Positions 24,106 through 39,235 of a stretch of 64,000 nt of DNA are shown here, one piece after another; position 1 is the stretch's first letter, and each line of letters opens with the position of its first letter. The notes below the pieces were generated by a model that saw only the letters and a list, made by a program, of their open reading frames with translations, did no database searches and was not told the DNA's origin. Origin of the DNA: the human T2T-CHM13v2.0 reference genome, Homo sapiens. The stretch lies in assembly GCF_009914755.1 (NCBI RefSeq), contig NC_060927.1. One strand, given 5' to 3'. The translations under genes were made by a program, and so were the position numbers.

Positions 24106-27100
24106 TCACCTTCATGGGTCTAGACAGAACCACCTGCTAAGCTAGGAAAGACTGGGGAAAGAAGTTACCAGCAACCAGGGCAGGATGAGAGCTCAGGCCT
24201 CCTGAGACACCTTTCAGGCCAGAGTCCTCTCCAGAAATACCTATTTGATTCGCTTTAGAAGTAACATGAACTAGGACCAGGCTTGCAACAAGATTCACTG
24301 CCTAGGCCTATGCTATATTCAGGGAGACAGAGGCAAGGGGAATTAGTCTGAAGTTTCCATGAAAATTTTCTTAATCTGGTTCTTTTGACTTCCCACCAAC
24401 TGCACCTCTTTTTGAAGTCTAGAGAGTCATGTTCATCTCAACCTTGACATGTTATGCTTGTTCTCAGGTGCACTGGGGGCCACAACAGAAGGAAACTGCC
24501 ATACTGCTTCCACCTGAAGCAGAAAATGTCTTCCTGGACTTTCTCCTTTATTATGTGATTACCTCTGTTAGGTCAGCCTGCCTGTGGACAAACTGACGCA
24601 GGGCGTGTGTGCACATGCACAAATTCGTGTGACCACACCTGGGGCCCAGGGCATGGACTGAGAGGCCCCAAGACAGAGCTGTCGTGGGTCTCCCTGCATG
24701 CCAGGGTTGGCACTCCAGAAGGTGACAATGCTCACTTCACTATGGCAGCGTCCTGCCTTTGACTCTCGCAGAGCAGTGTTCTGAGAGAGATCTGTGAGCT
24801 CCTTCCATTGGGAGCCTGCTCTGGTGGACACAGAATGCGCTGGAGCCTGCATATAAATTATAAGTAAAACAGCTACTTGAACTACCTTTCCTAGACATTT
24901 ATTTATGCCATTGACAACTGCCTTCCTAAGAATGGTATCTGCTTTATGTGGAGACTGCAGGCATCAACCAGACCCTGCCATTCCTTGGCCACACAACCTC
25001 CGGGGAGCAGACTACCAAAACCAGGTCGGAGGCCTGGCCCAGAGAAAGGCTTCTGTCATGAGAACAGATCAACATGCCCCCCACCCCAACTCAGGGCAGC
25101 TCATCTCATGGCAACGAGGCAGCGAGAACAAAATAACTGACCAAGTGACAGCAGCTACACGAGAGAGGTCAACATGGAACGTGGTTCTTGGGCGATGGGT
25201 GAGAGGTTTCCTACTGAGAGATGGGCTGGGCAGAATTGGGTGATACAGCATAGGGGGACAGAAGTGGGAAGGGCATTCCCGGTGGGAAGCAGAGCTTGAA
25301 CAAAGGCAGGGTGTGGTCTGAAGAGCATGCAGGTGACTGGGGTTGGGGGAGGGGGTGACAATGATTGCCAGGTAAGACAGTCAAGGCAGGCAATGGCCGA
25401 ACACAGAGGGCTCTGGCCGGTGTTCTTAAGCAATGGAGAAACCGAGGAGAGACTGGAGAGAGTTCACTGACCTCTGCTGGGGAAGGCAGGCCCTGGGGTG
25501 GACAGGCAGATGCTTGGTGATGGCCAAAGAGGGAAGGGAGAACAGAGTATAAATGCTTCACTGAGAAACAAGTCAGGATTCTCCAAATGGCTCCCAGGGC
25601 TGCTGGGACCTGGACGGGGCTTCCACAAGGGCCCTGCTGACACATGCAGCCCTCCCTGACTAAAGACTAGCCGATGAAGCAAGCCAGAGCCTGCAAATTC
25701 TAGCAAAAAATTCCTTCCCAACTCCCAACCAGCGGACACCCTGAAGGCTACTCCCTGCAGTGCCTACCTCAGGGGAAGGAGCGGCAGACACCTGCCCTGG
25801 GTAAGGGCAGAGAAGGAAAAGCAGAAAGGGCTCTTCTTTCCCCACACTGGGCTAGTGGGGCAAGACCCCCAGCCACAAAGACGACTCCTTTCCACAGGGG
25901 TTCTGTTAACCCGAACCACCTGGCAGAAGTAGGTGGGGACTACGGGAAAGTGTCCAGCCTTTGGGAGGAGTGCTTTGCAAATACCATGCCCTTTCTCGGC
26001 TCTCAAGCAAGGTCAAACAGCTGCCACCACCCTCCTGGAGCCCCAGAGACATTCAAGTGCCTCAGCAAAGGCCAAGTTATTCATTAATAAATGAGAAAAC
26101 ACCCAACTATCTAAATGACTTTTAAAAATGCCCAGCAATCTGGTGGGTGGGGGGCAGCACTAGCTCTGCAGACAGCATGAGGTTAAAAATGACCCCAGCC
26201 TGGGATGCTGTGCAAAGAGCAGGGGCTCAAAAAAGATAAAGATCCACATCTGTGGCAGGAGCAGGTGAACAAATGAACAGGCCACACAAGTGGGGGAGAT
26301 AAGGTGTACCTCAGCCTTCCTGACAAAGAGTGATTCATAAATAGGACAATGGGCATTCACGGGAAGGAAAATCGCTTTTGGTGACACTGGCCTGAATCAC
26401 AAGATAAGGCCCTTTGCTGCCCGGGATAGTGGAGGGAAGCGCAGACCACTTGAAGCTCACCCCTACCTGAGAGACTCAAAGAGCCTCAGACCTGGAGGGC
26501 TCGCAGGATCACCCATTCTAGGTCCTCAGTTTAACCCATGGGAAAACCTGGGAAATGGCAGTCAGGGAAAAGGAAAAGATTTGTCCAAAGTCACAGAACC
26601 CATCAGCGGTAGCTGCAAGTCTGGATCCAGGTCGTCCTGATGCCTGGCCCTCATTCTTGCCAAGGAGACGAGAGAGAGGCTATCAAGAGTGGAAGAGTGG
26701 CGCTGAGTTTCTAAAGAGCTCTGATTCTACCCGCCTCTCCTGCGCTCCCCACACGGTTCAGACCTGGTCCCATGTGCTCAGATGCGGCCACAGCCAGCCC
26801 AAGTCCAAGCCTAGGCCCTGCTGGACACTCAGTAGGAAAGCAGGCAAGGCCCTAGGTGCACAGCCTCCCCAGGAATTTAGAGACACTTCGCTCACCCTGA
26901 GACCTTTAAATCAGACTCAATGCCTCACCACCCCCACTCCCTACTCAATACCCTTCCCAAATCTTGCCATCTTCTCCCTCCTTCCCAATCCCTAGTCTCG
27001 TCTACCACCTCCTTAGCTCCCCACCACAACCAAGCCCCCAGCCATTCCCCTCCACCCCTGCCTGCCAGCCAGCCTTCCCCTCTACTCTGGAGAATACAGC

Positions 27101-30100
27101 TGCCTCCTGCATTTTTCCCTCTCTTTCTCCAACCTGTCTCCCCTAAGTCTCTCTTCAACTTATCAATCCACATTCCTGGCCTCCTCTTCAAAGATACTGG
27201 TCAGACCACACTGCACCTCCACTCAAAGCTCTCACTGGGTCTCCACACCCCCAGGACAACAGCCATTCATCTCGACCTCACATCTGCTCTGTCCAGAACA
27301 CTCTTACACCCCACATTTTGTCTCAAATCCTGAAATATCTACTCTGATAACCCCCAAGAAAACACACCATCTGGCCAGTCCTAAAGGCCAGGCCAAAGGC
27401 CACCTCCTCAAAGCAGCCTTCTAAGATTCCCAGGCAAAAGAATCCTCTGGGCCTACCCAGTGCATATCAGGGTCTGACCGTAGGCCCAGGGCACAGGCCT
27501 GTGGCCATTCCTATTCACATGTAGGCTTTACTACCCCTTCCCTTCAAGAACCTCTCAGCACGGGGCATCTCCTAGAGCACCTCAAGGCCTAGCCCAGAGC
27601 CTGGGCTAGACAACCTTCAGAAATGCTACCAATTTAACTGCTACCCTCTCCACCAACTCCAGAAGAGTAAACCTCAGGAACGCTGATGGCTGGAGGGCAG
27701 GAGAGTCATGGTCTGGGCTGGGGCCCTCCCCATAGCCTATCTGCCTATTAATGGAGGTACTCCCCCATTTCTCACCCCTGCCCACATCTCCACACCTAGA
27801 CCTTGCACCCCTGCCCTCACCTCCTCCCAGAGCCTTCAGCAGGAAGAAGCCTTTGAGGCAGGATTTCAGGGGGTCTCAAATACAGCCCTGCTCAGGACAG
27901 AGTCTGACTGACCTGTTTCCTAATGTTTGAAATCCTTTTTATCAGGGACAAAACTGTTACAAATAAAATTAGAGCTGTGCAAAGTTGGTATTGTTTCTTC
28001 CTTAAATGTTCAACAAGACTTCAGTGAAGCAATCTTGGCCTGAAGTTTTATTTGGGAAAATATTTGTTATAGGACTGTATAGATTTTCTATTTCTTCTCC
28101 AGCCAGTGTTATTAATTTATGTCTTTCAAGATGTCTGTTTCACCTAAGTTATTGAATTTACTGGCACAAAGTGACTTATATTGTTCTCTTAATAGCCTAA
28201 TGTCTGTAAGATCTGTAGTGATGTTCACTGATATTGATAATTTGTGTCATTTTTCTTTATCAGACCAGCTAGAGGTTTATCAATTTTGGGACGTGCCTCC
28301 ATCTCATCTCCTCAGACTCGGTGTTTCAACAATGGCTTTGCTCCTCAGTCACCTCTCTCTGGAAGGATCCCTCAATGGATGAGTACACCTGCCTCTGGAT
28401 GGCACATGAAGCGTGGGGGCAGAATCAATCCACATTGCTGTCTGAATGTAGTACCACTGCTAGAAGCAGGTCAATCAACAACCAGGCCTACAGGAGGAGG
28501 GAGGAAGAAGAGAGGCTGCTCTATGTCCTCCTTTTGCCCCTTCCCACCCACAGTAAGATGAAGATCTCTTTCCTTGCACCCCTCAGTCTCCTTTGTGGGC
28601 CAGGTCTACCTTGGGCACAAAGATAAAGTAAGAACCCTATCCTCAAGAATCTCAAGTCTACTCAAAGGATCAGACTTAGAAAATGTAACTCTGTGCCATG
28701 AGTAGTAAGGAAAGCTTTACTAAATATCTTGTACACTTAGGGAATTAGCAAGGGATAGGTGTTGTCGGGGAAGGAAGTAATGCTTAAACTCAATTCTAAA
28801 TGTCCACTGGGGGATTATGAGGCAGCTAAAGAAGGCAGAGCATTCCTGGGAGTGGTAACTGCCTACAAAGACATGAGAGCGGAGCAAGAGCACTGTCACA
28901 GCCTGCAGAGCAGGCCCACATGGCTGGCCCAGCCTCACCTGATGCTGTCAGGGGCAGGGCTCACAGGGCATTCCTCCAGCACCGTGGGAGGGCTGAGCCC
29001 AGCATGAGGGCCGACACCCTGAACGGGCACTGTGGTAGCCTACAAGATGTGTCATGGGAGGAACGGGGAAGACCAGAAGTCAGGTGAGATCCTCCACTCC
29101 CAGCCTGGACCTGCCCCAGCCTGCTGCTCTCTGTGTGTCTGTGTTTGGGAGGGGGGTTAAAGTTAAAATGAGGGCTGGGAACTGTCACTGGGGGCGGGTG
29201 TGCCGAAGCAGGAGGACTTGAGTTCAGGGGATGAGGAATAAGCCCCTCCCTCTCCCTAAGACTTCCCAAGGACTCAAACTTTTAGGAGCTGCTGACTAGA
29301 GCTCTCCCTTCCAGAAGGAAATAAGAGAAGCAGGAAAGGGTTAAGAGAGAGACATTCAACTTCTCATCTAGGATCTTCCCACCCTTCTTTAGCTTCCTGA
29401 AGAAGCTAGAGACTCACCAGGAACTCATGGGTACAGAAACACTTTCCAATCCCCAGGTGATATGCCCCATTAGCTCTGAGTACGCCTGCTATAATGTCCA
29501 TGGGAAACTGCCCTCTGTTCAAAAGTTAAAGAGAAAATAAGACCTTGAAATCCTAGCCCCCTAAGAAGAGGCCAAACTGGCCCCACTTTGAGCCTTTCCA
29601 GTTCTGATTTGGGCCCAGGGTGGGGAAAAAAGCAAAAGAGATGGGCACATAGTGCCTGAAGGTGACAGGAAGAGACAGACAATGCTGGGGCAAACTTGGC
29701 AGGCTCCCCAGTGTCACCTTGTGCCCATCCTCAGGGCCACTGCAGCCCCATGCCGGGGTGGAGGGACTTCCTGTCGGGTGCTGCCGTGGTGGGAGCTGTG
29801 TTCCAAGGGCACTTAGCGGGTAGGGCAGTCACCCGGAGTCTGACTCACCCTGAAGATGGAGTGATAAGAAGTGAGCTGAACACCACCATGCCTGGGACCA
29901 GAAACTGCACAGATCTCTACTGCCCAGAGACTGGCAGGGGGAAAGGGGGAGAGACTCTGCTTCTCCTGGGCAGGCTGAGATCTCGTCAGGCTGCAGAGCT
30001 CCTCACTCTGGGTCCCCTGCACTCAATGTGCTGCTAGGATGACTTGGTCCGAGCATCCACTCTATCTGCTGACCAGACCAAGAGTTCCTAGAGGGCAGAC

Positions 30101-30149
30101 GTTTGTTGTACCAGTTTGCACCCACAGGCCTGACACCAACTACAGCAGG

Positions 30150-30330
30150 CACAGCACTGTGGTAGAGGAGTGCACAGGAGCGGGGAAATCCCAGCTCCAT
30201 TTCATCTTGGCTGTGTGACCTTGGGCAAGTTATATGACCTGTCTGGCCTCAGTTTCCTCATCTACAAAAATGAGGATAATCATACTGACATCATATCACC
30301 ATTACAAGGAAATGATGAAGGAGAAAAGCC
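30150..30330 (+). mobile_element. MIR
   Basis: Core ctgtgtgaccttgggcaagtta..cctcagtttcctcatctacaaaaatgaggataat. Confidence 0.8.
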
Positions 30331-30439
30331 TGCAGCTTAGGGAGCCTGAAGAACAGGGAGAATCAGGCCAGGGCAGGAAGGAAAGGGCTGCAGAAAAGCC
30401 AGCGGGGCACAGGCCCAGAACGGTGTGCCTCTGCAGAGG

Positions 30440-30800
30440 TCATGGGAAGCTCCCATGCCCATCATCCTTATCAGATGTTCTCAGCAATCCTGTAAGCAGA
30501 CAGGGCAGTGTTGTAATACCTGCTTCACCAAGACATTAGGAGATGACGTCAGATGATCTGTGCAGTGTAGACAGATCTGATTCCCCATTCAGTGCTTCAC
30601 CAAGAGTCAGCAGGAACAGGTGGTGACTACCATCCAAGAGGCTGGGATTAGCTAAGAGCCACTGCTCTCCTGTGGGTTCATGTGTTCCCTAAAGGCTTCT
30701 GAGCAGAGCAAGAACAAAGTGCTGAGCGGGAGGCTGGGAGAACAGCGAGGCTAGAGATAAGGACTGGAGATAAGGACGGGAACTAGGTCAACAGCGGTGG
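30440..30800. promoter_or_regulatory. GATA/E-box/CRE cluster; probable GATA1-dependent distal enhancer of NBEAL2 inside CCDC12 intron 1
   Basis: AGATAA at 30755-30760 and 30768-30773, TTATCA at 30468-30473, CAGATG E-boxes at 30472 and 30550, TGACGTCA at 30544-30551. About 31.5 kb upstream of the NBEAL2 ATG, matching the recalled report of a GATA1 enhancer about 31 kb upstream. Confidence 0.6.
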
Positions 30801-32112
30801 ACTAGAACAAGGAGGTGCCTCAACGCTGTGGGGAGACAGGGAGGAGCAGAAACAACTGAGGTTCTGCTGGTGACTCACTGGGGGAAGGAAGGCGCCTTTG
30901 ACAAAAAGGTGGTGGCACTTAGGGGACAAAGAGAAAGGGTGTGGCAGCCTTCAGGCATTCTAACGGTGAGGCTTGACACCCAAGGCCTGACGAAGGTTGG
31001 TGCCAAGGGATAGCACCTGTCAAGGTGCCCTCAGCGGTGGAAAGGAGGGCCCGCTCCACTCAGAAGAGAGGCACGCTGGGCCCCACCATCCATATGGCAC
31101 CTCAAGGGCCAGGCCACGGCATGCCTAGTGCAGCTCCTCGCCAGGCCCGTCACACGGCCCTGCCCAGATATCCTCCATGTGTCTGTCAGGAGTGTGGGGA
31201 GCCAGCCCAAGTCAACTCTGATCCTATTCTTGCTGCAAGTGCTCAAGGGAGGCACTACAGAGCTCCTCCAGCAGACTTTATTAGTCGACAAATACTGACT
31301 GGCTCCCCTGTGCCAGATACTCCATGCTGGGTACTGAGGAGGAAGAGGAACGAGTAGGCACCTAGTGCCCACAGAGCAGGGCAGGGGTTCTTATCCTCGG
31401 TGCACAGATTCCAGAGGTCAATGACCAGACAGAAACACAGGCGAGTGTGAGAAGGTGAATCTTAGTGGATGAGAAATCTGGAGCTCTTCAGATTCTCAAG
31501 GGGGTGGTGACCCACAGGGGAAAAGGGAAGGTGTCAACAGCCAGGGAAGGCAGTGTTTTTTTGGGTGGCATTAAGAGGTGTCTACAGAGGCTTTCCAAAG
31601 GAAGTGTCACCTTAAAGGATGAGTGACAGTGGGGACAGAGGGACGGAGGGGGAAGAGAGCAGAGGGAACAACCAGAACCATTAGTATGCAAAAGGCCCCT
31701 CCCACTGCCCTGAGACTTCACCCACACTGGCCCCAGCAGGAAATAACCTCTTGAAAGGTCACACAGAGGGCAGGGCAAAGACCAGTCTCTTCCCCTTCCT
31801 TCATATGCAGCCAGACTGGACGAGTTCCTCTGGGAAGTCTGGCCTGGCTCCAAACTCCCTCCAGGGTCCTCCCTGTAGGGGCACTGTGGTATGCAGGAAG
31901 CCCAGCCTGCAGCCCTGGACTGGGCAGGTGGTGGGAACATCAGGACACACTGCTTACCAGTGGTGGGACCTCCCTGAGGCTCTGTCTCCTCCCCTGTCAA
32001 AGTGGGGCTGGCACTACCTTAACAGGGGCATGTGAGGATTATACAAGGCAACTTGGGTCCACCATGTGGTACAGGGTCCCGCATGACCCTGCACCATGAA
32101 AAACTGCCTGCT

Positions 32113-32420
32113 GGCCAGGCACAGTGGCTCACGCCTGTAATCCCAGCACTTTGGGAGGCCAAGGCAGGTGGATCATAAGGTCAGGAGTTCGAGACCAGCC
32201 TGGCCAATATGGTGAAAACCTATCTTTACTAAAACTACAAAAATTAGCCGGGCATGGTGGCGGGCGCCTGTAGTCCCAGCTACTCGGGAGGCTGAGGCAG
32301 GAGAACTGCTCGAACCCAGAGGTAGTGGTTGCAGTGAGCCAAGATTGCGCTACCACACTCCAGCCTGGGTGACAGAGTGAGACTCCATCTCAAAAAAAAA
32401 AAAAAAGAAAAGAAAAAAAA
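32113..32420 (+). mobile_element. AluS (Sg-like)
   Basis: Dimeric Alu; TSD aaaaactgcctgct. Confidence 0.95.
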
Positions 32421-32680
32421 ACTGCCTGCTGACATCTTGCAGTGTCCCAAGTCCTGCTGTCCCTCAGCGATGGGCCTAATTCGAACCCTGGTTCTTGCTG
32501 CATCCCTCTTAGGGAACCTGATGCTCCTTCTGTTCTCACCCACCCCTTGCCCTGACACGAAAACCAAGAAAGCACTTAACAAGAACCCAGGACCCAGCAC
32601 CCAGGGCCCAGATCCATGCTGGGAAACAGAAGGCCTATTAGTATTAGACCAACCAGAAGAGAAATTGATCTACATTTGCA

Positions 32681-32984
32681 TTTTTTTTGAGATAGGGTCT
32701 CGCTCTGTTGTCCAGCTGTCCAGGCTGGACTGCATGGTGCAATCATAGCTTACCACAGCCTGAAATTCCTAGGCTCAAGTAAACCTCCCACCTCAGCCTC
32801 CTGCATAGGAGTAGCTAGGACTACAGGGGCATGCCACCATGCACAGCTTTTTTTTTTTTTTGGGGGGTAGAGACAGGGTCTAACTATATTGCCAAGGTTG
32901 GTTTCGAGCTCCTGGGCTCAAGTAATCCTCCTGCCTTGGCCTCCCAAAGTGCTGGATTATAGGCATGAGCCACATGCCCAGCCC
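32681..32984 (-). mobile_element. AluJ
   Basis: Diverged reverse-complement dimeric Alu. Confidence 0.9.
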
Positions 32985-33104
32985 ATTTTTTAAAATGTAA
33001 CAACATTCATGTGAATGGAGCACATTATCCTTTTCTGAAAGTGCTACATTTTTTTGGCTAAGTCTCTGTATATGCTAAACTTAATTTTTAAAAGTGAGGC
33101 TCAA

Positions 33105-33860
33105 ATGGAAATAACCTGTGTCCATAAATGGATGAATGAGTAAGAAAATTTAGTATATACACACAATGAAATACTATTCAGGCTTCAAAAAAAAAAGAGG
33201 AAATCCTGTCATTTGCAACAACATGGACAAATCTGGGGAACATTATGCTAAGCGAAATAAGCCAGGCTCAGAAAGACAAATACTGCATGATCTCACTTAT
33301 ATGTGGAATCTAAAACAGTAGAACTGGCCAGCCACAGTGGCTCACACCTGTAATCCCAGCATTTCGGGAGGCCGAGGCGGGTCCCAACTACCCAGGAGGC
33401 TGAGGTGGGAGGATCAAACAAGGCCACGAGGTCAAGGCTGCAGTGAGCTGTAACTGAACTACTGCACTCCAGCCTTGGCAACAGAGTGAGACTCGTATCT
33501 CAAAAAAATTAAAAATTAAAATAAAAAAATAAAAAGTAGAACTCACCGAAACAGAGACTAGATGGGTGGTTACAGAGGCTGGAGTTGCAGGAGAGGTGGA
33601 GAAAGTGAAGATGTTGGGCAAAGGACACAAAGTTCCAGTTAGGCAGGAGGAGTGTGTTTAAGGGAGCTACTGCACAGCATGGTGATCGGTTAATAATAAT
33701 GTATATTCAAAATTGCTGAGCCTAGATTTTAAAGTCTCACCACAAAAAATGTTAAATCAGCTTGATTTAATCTTTCTACAATGTATATTGTAGAAACATC
33801 ACGTTGTACACCATAAATATACAGCTATTATTTATCAATTAACAATTTTTAAAAAATCAT
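33105..33860 (+). mobile_element. L1MA-type 3' end with an internally deleted AluJ (about 33326-33535)
   Basis: L1 3' consensus (gaaatcctgtcatttgcaacaacatgga..cagaaagacaaatactgcatgatctcacttatatgtggaatctaaaa); Alu TSD agtagaact. Confidence 0.85.
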
Positions 33861-33865
33861 TTTAG

Positions 33866-34226
<361 letters not shown>

Positions 34227-37028
34227 TTAACAATGATCTATCTGCTATCTGATTCCTTTAGGATTGTCAAGAGGCCCCAGGCTACAAGAACAGGCACCAC
34301 CCATCTGTGAAGTTTCCCCACAGAATCCTTAATTCTGACCCCACCACAAAACTCGGTGGGTGGGTTTCAGCACATTCTCCTGTGTGGGCCAAAGGTCATG
34401 ACCACTTTTAGCACAAAGGTGTTCTTCCCATGCCTTCTAATGATAACCATCCCAGACATATGATTCTACCTTTATTTCCCCACATGAGATTTTGTTTGAC
34501 ATCTGTCTTCCTTCCTAGACTGGAAGCTCTCAGAGGCCTCTCCATCACTGCTCACAGCACCTGGCACTAAGAGCAGCTGGACCAATAGTAAAGGAACCAC
34601 CTGGGGAGGCAGAAGGCACATGCTAACTTCCCATGTTACAGGAACTTCTGTTGTGTGAGCCTTCCAACAGCACCCACGTATTCGGTTATCACTAGCCTTG
34701 TTGCACAGATGCAAGAACTGAGGCTGGACCAGGTCTGTGCATGTCATACCTAATACTCTTTCCATTGGGTAGAGCACAAGTTTTGGGAAATAAACAGAAG
34801 CCCAGCTCCCCGCTGCCACATCCTCAGTTCTTTCTACCACACATGCTGCTTGTTTATCCTTTAGTTGTCTGTTCTATCCTCTTTTCCAACAACTATCTGC
34901 ACCTCTGCTTCTCTCCTGCAAAATGAAGACAAAAATCCCAACCCTGCCCACTTCTTGGGAGTGTGGTTTTAACTAGGTTCCATAAAATTGGAAGATTTTC
35001 CATTAGAAGGTGAGCCCTGGGCAGTGCCGAACCCAAATGTCACTCTTCTCTGTTCTGCATGTCTTACAACACTGTCAATTCTTTGGTAATAACAGTATGC
35101 CAGGCAACTGATTATTCCATTAATTAAACAGTAGTACTGATATTATCAAAAATAATCAATAATTAATCACTATGAAAATCTAATAAGGTCAGCACTCCTT
35201 TCTCCTACCACAGATGAGAAAAATGGAAGCCCAGGACAATTAAGTAACCCATCCAGAGTCACACAGCTAGAGGTTGCCAGGACGCAAATGGCAGGGCAGG
35301 CTTCAAGCATAGGCTGATTCCCTCTAGAACCCCTGCCCTTTGCTCTTGTCCCACTCCTGTCCCTACCTTTCACATGCAAATGGTTTCAAGTGTGTCTAGG
35401 GTGCCTCCATCTGTCATCACATGAGAGTTGACAGCTCTTTCTGGTGTCATTTCAGAGAGATACAATCAAACCCATCGAGAGCCCCAAATATTGTCATTTC
35501 TTGGCCAAGAACTCCAGTCCCAAAAGACATCACAAGGAAATAAAAGAGCAATGCATGCAGAGGTGTTTAGAGCTGTGTTTCTCACAGTAGGGAGAAGTGG
35601 AACTATGCAGTGAGCCCAACACCGTAGGGCACAGTTATGCAGGCCAGCATTCACATGATGGGCCAGGGGAGGCATTAAAATAGCGAGGCAGCACTATGCA
35701 ACAGACAAACACACGAACGCCAGGGGTAAGAGTCCTATATTACATACTCATGATTGCAACCATGGCAATACCATACATACAAATGGCCAAAGACTTCACG
35801 GACTCGCACTCAACCGTGGGTAGTATTTTTTCCATCTTCCTTAATTCTGCTGTCAAAATGACTTAATAATAAAAGTAACCAGAGGAACCTAGCTGACTAT
35901 GGCTCACTATCTTGACTCATACCCTAAACAGATTCTCTTGACCCTCACCTGGCTAAATGGGGAAGCAGGAAACCATGGCTGGCACTCAGGCCTGACACAG
36001 CCTTGTCAATGCCTAATGACTTTTCTCAAGCTTGGAAAAAAAAAAAAAAAAAAGTCCAGCTTTGCTGGTGCAGAAGAGGACAGATTGAGCCTGCACACAC
36101 CAGCGTCCCTCTGCAGCCTGGGACTCTAACCACAGTAGCAAATGCAGCAGCCAATTGTAGACTAAGCCCTCTTAAATCAGGATAGACATCTCCATTACTG
36201 GGGGGCTAAAAATGTCGGTTAAGAAACTAACTGGTGGTGAGCAATGAAGTCACCTCCCCACCCTCTCACCCTACCCCACCATTTCCCTTTTCTTGGAGGG
36301 GAAAAAAGCCTCCTTCACCACAAAGCAGAATTCACAACCACTAGGACTTCCTCACCATTCTAAGCTCACGAGGGGAGCAGCAGTGAGCAAATCACAAAAG
36401 CAAATGATAAGGTCCATGCAGATTGGAAGACCCCTCCCCTGGTGGGAGACAGCTTCGTGTGGCACCCAGAAACCCCTTCCCCATTGCCTCACAGTGGACA
36501 GTCAGGAATCAGGCACAGGGGGCCCACCTGGTCAGTTCCAGGGACTGGAACAACCACCCAGACTCTCTGGTCCTGAGGACATGTGGCTGCTACCTGACCA
36601 TCCCCAGATCTGTAAGGCCTGTAGAACAAAAGAAGGTGACCTTTCTCCACAAACTCTGGCTGGTAGATAGGATCCTTAGGCTGAGCCCAGGAGGGAAGAG
36701 GAGGAGAAAGCCCAACCACTATGTGTTCACTTTCGCTGGATCCAACAGAGACAGCAAGCAAGGACCTGAAAACCTCAGTGGGTGGCCCCTGTAAATGATA
36801 CCCTTTCGCCTCCCACACACACCCTAGTCCCATGGCCCTGTTTACATCAATTCTGGATCCCCTAAAACAGTTTCCTTGATAGCTGCCAACGGCTCTCACT
36901 CAAACCTGGCACCAGATGCATCAACCTCTATAGCATCTATGTGACCTTTCATGTGGGTAGATTTGTTCTTAAAATGGGGTGGGTCAAGGGAATAAGAGCT
37001 ACCATTTATTAAAAGAACAGGTATTTCC

Positions 37029-37316
37029 ACCGGGCACGGTGGCTCACGCCTGGTAATCCCAGCACTCTGGGAGGCCGAGGCGGGCAGATCACAAGGTTAG
37101 GAGTTCAAGACCAGCCTGGCCAACATGGTGAAACCCCATCTCTACTAAAAATACAAAAATTAGCTGGGCATGGTGGCGGGCACCTGTAGTCCCAGCTACT
37201 CAGGAGGCTGAGCAGGAGAATCGCTTGAAACCAGAAGGAGGAGGTTGCAGTGAGCCAAGACTGCACCACTGCACTCCAACCTGGGCAAAAGAGCGAAACT
37301 CCGTCTGAAAAAAAAA
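37029..37316 (+). mobile_element. AluS
   Basis: Dimeric Alu. Confidence 0.93.
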
Positions 37317-38925
37317 GTTATTTCCCAACCAACCGACAGCCAACACCACAGCTGGGACATCAGTGTTCCTGGTATCCACGTCACACCACTGGCTTATTCA
37401 AAGCCTGTGACCAACTAAAATGCCCAGTTCTTTTCCAATGTTAACGGCTGTCAAAGCACCCCTAGTCCATGCCTAAACTACAGATCGAAGAAACCTAACT
37501 GACTTCACAATCACCCAGTGAAGTTCTTCTTGCTGTTAGCATCGCCACAGCCTGCACTTTTTAAATAAACTCTTGGACTTGTCCTCGTGGGCAAGTCTGT
37601 TTTTCCCTGAGGAAAATCTCAGCCCAACTAACTCCCAAATCCATGTGCCTGCCTAGTTGCTTCTTCATTTGAATGTTTACGGAGTCTCTGAGTCTTGTCA
37701 TGGGGCAGACAAAAAGGTGACTAAAGCAAGATGGCTGCCCTCAGGGAAGTCAGGGGCAGGGAAGAGAGAAGCAGACAGTGAACAGATAACCACCCTATAG
37801 TGCATCCAAAGCCTGAATGCCACTGGGAATGAGAGAAGGTGGGACCCGAGAACACCTGGAGGGCCAGCCAGGTGGGCAGGCTGTCCAGGGAGAGAAGAGG
37901 GAAGATGCAGACTGAGCGGTCAGAGAGGGGAATGTCAGGGTCACTAGAAGGAGCGGGTGTGTCCAGGCAGAGAGTGGTGATATCCAAGGGCACTGGGGAA
38001 GTGGGATGGGCCTGCCTGATGGGCTACAGACTTTATCTCACAAGCACTGAGAACCTGGAGGACAGGTAGAGAGGTGGCAACAATATGATTCGAGTATTTT
38101 ATAAAGAGCATTTAGCAAAGCCCAGAAAGCAAAGGGGCCCCCCAAAAAACAAGCTGGATGTGGGTTAGGAGAGCCACCTTCTCACCCCAAGGACAGCAGA
38201 AGAGCAGCTGTCTCTGAGTCTGTCGGGAGGAACAGTCCCTTCCAACTGCAAGCTGCCATGTGGTACTTGCTCATCTACTCACACTTCACTCTTGTGCACA
38301 CCAGGGCCTCTGGCCCCCACCAATACCCCGGAATCAGGTATTATCACTGCATACAAATGACCAGGTTCAGAACAACTAAGAAACTTAACCAGTGGCTCAG
38401 GGCTAATAAAAGATAGGCCCACATTTAAACAGGGGCTTTCTGATTGCATCAGGCTTTCAAAATTCTCTCAAATAAACAGCCCTAAGGCTTAGGTCTGCTT
38501 TCTGCCTAACAGCCAGAGAAGTGTGATCACATCTATTCTTACACCAAATGAGAAAAATAAGAAAACCACCAAACTGGTAGGGCTGCAGAGGCCTCAGATA
38601 TGAGCTGATAGAGGATAAACTAGCAGCAGCCCAGGGAACGGTTATAAACAGCACCTGCCAAATCAGAATCTTCCACGGTAAGACCTGGGAATCTGAATGT
38701 TCAAAGAGCCCACCTACTCCTGGGTCACATCTCTAATACATGGCCCAGTTGAGGAGCCTCTGAGTGAGACCACATGCTGCCTCCTCTTCAAGAGGCTGAC
38801 CTAGAAGAGAAAGCGGACTGCATGAGGCCACACTCAGCTGCCTGAGGGCTACTGTGGTCACCAAGGTGGGCTCTGGACACAGGGCAGGCAGGATAGGAAG
38901 AAACACAAAGAAATCATTCATAAGG

Positions 38926-39235
<310 letters not shown>

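Noticed and set aside
28389-28487. Possible 99-nt cryptic exon (strong minus-strand acceptor cttcctccctcctcctgtag|G, in-frame TGA)
   Set aside because: The only nearby donor (CAG|gtgtac) is weak, and such lone acceptors are common in a 35-kb intron.
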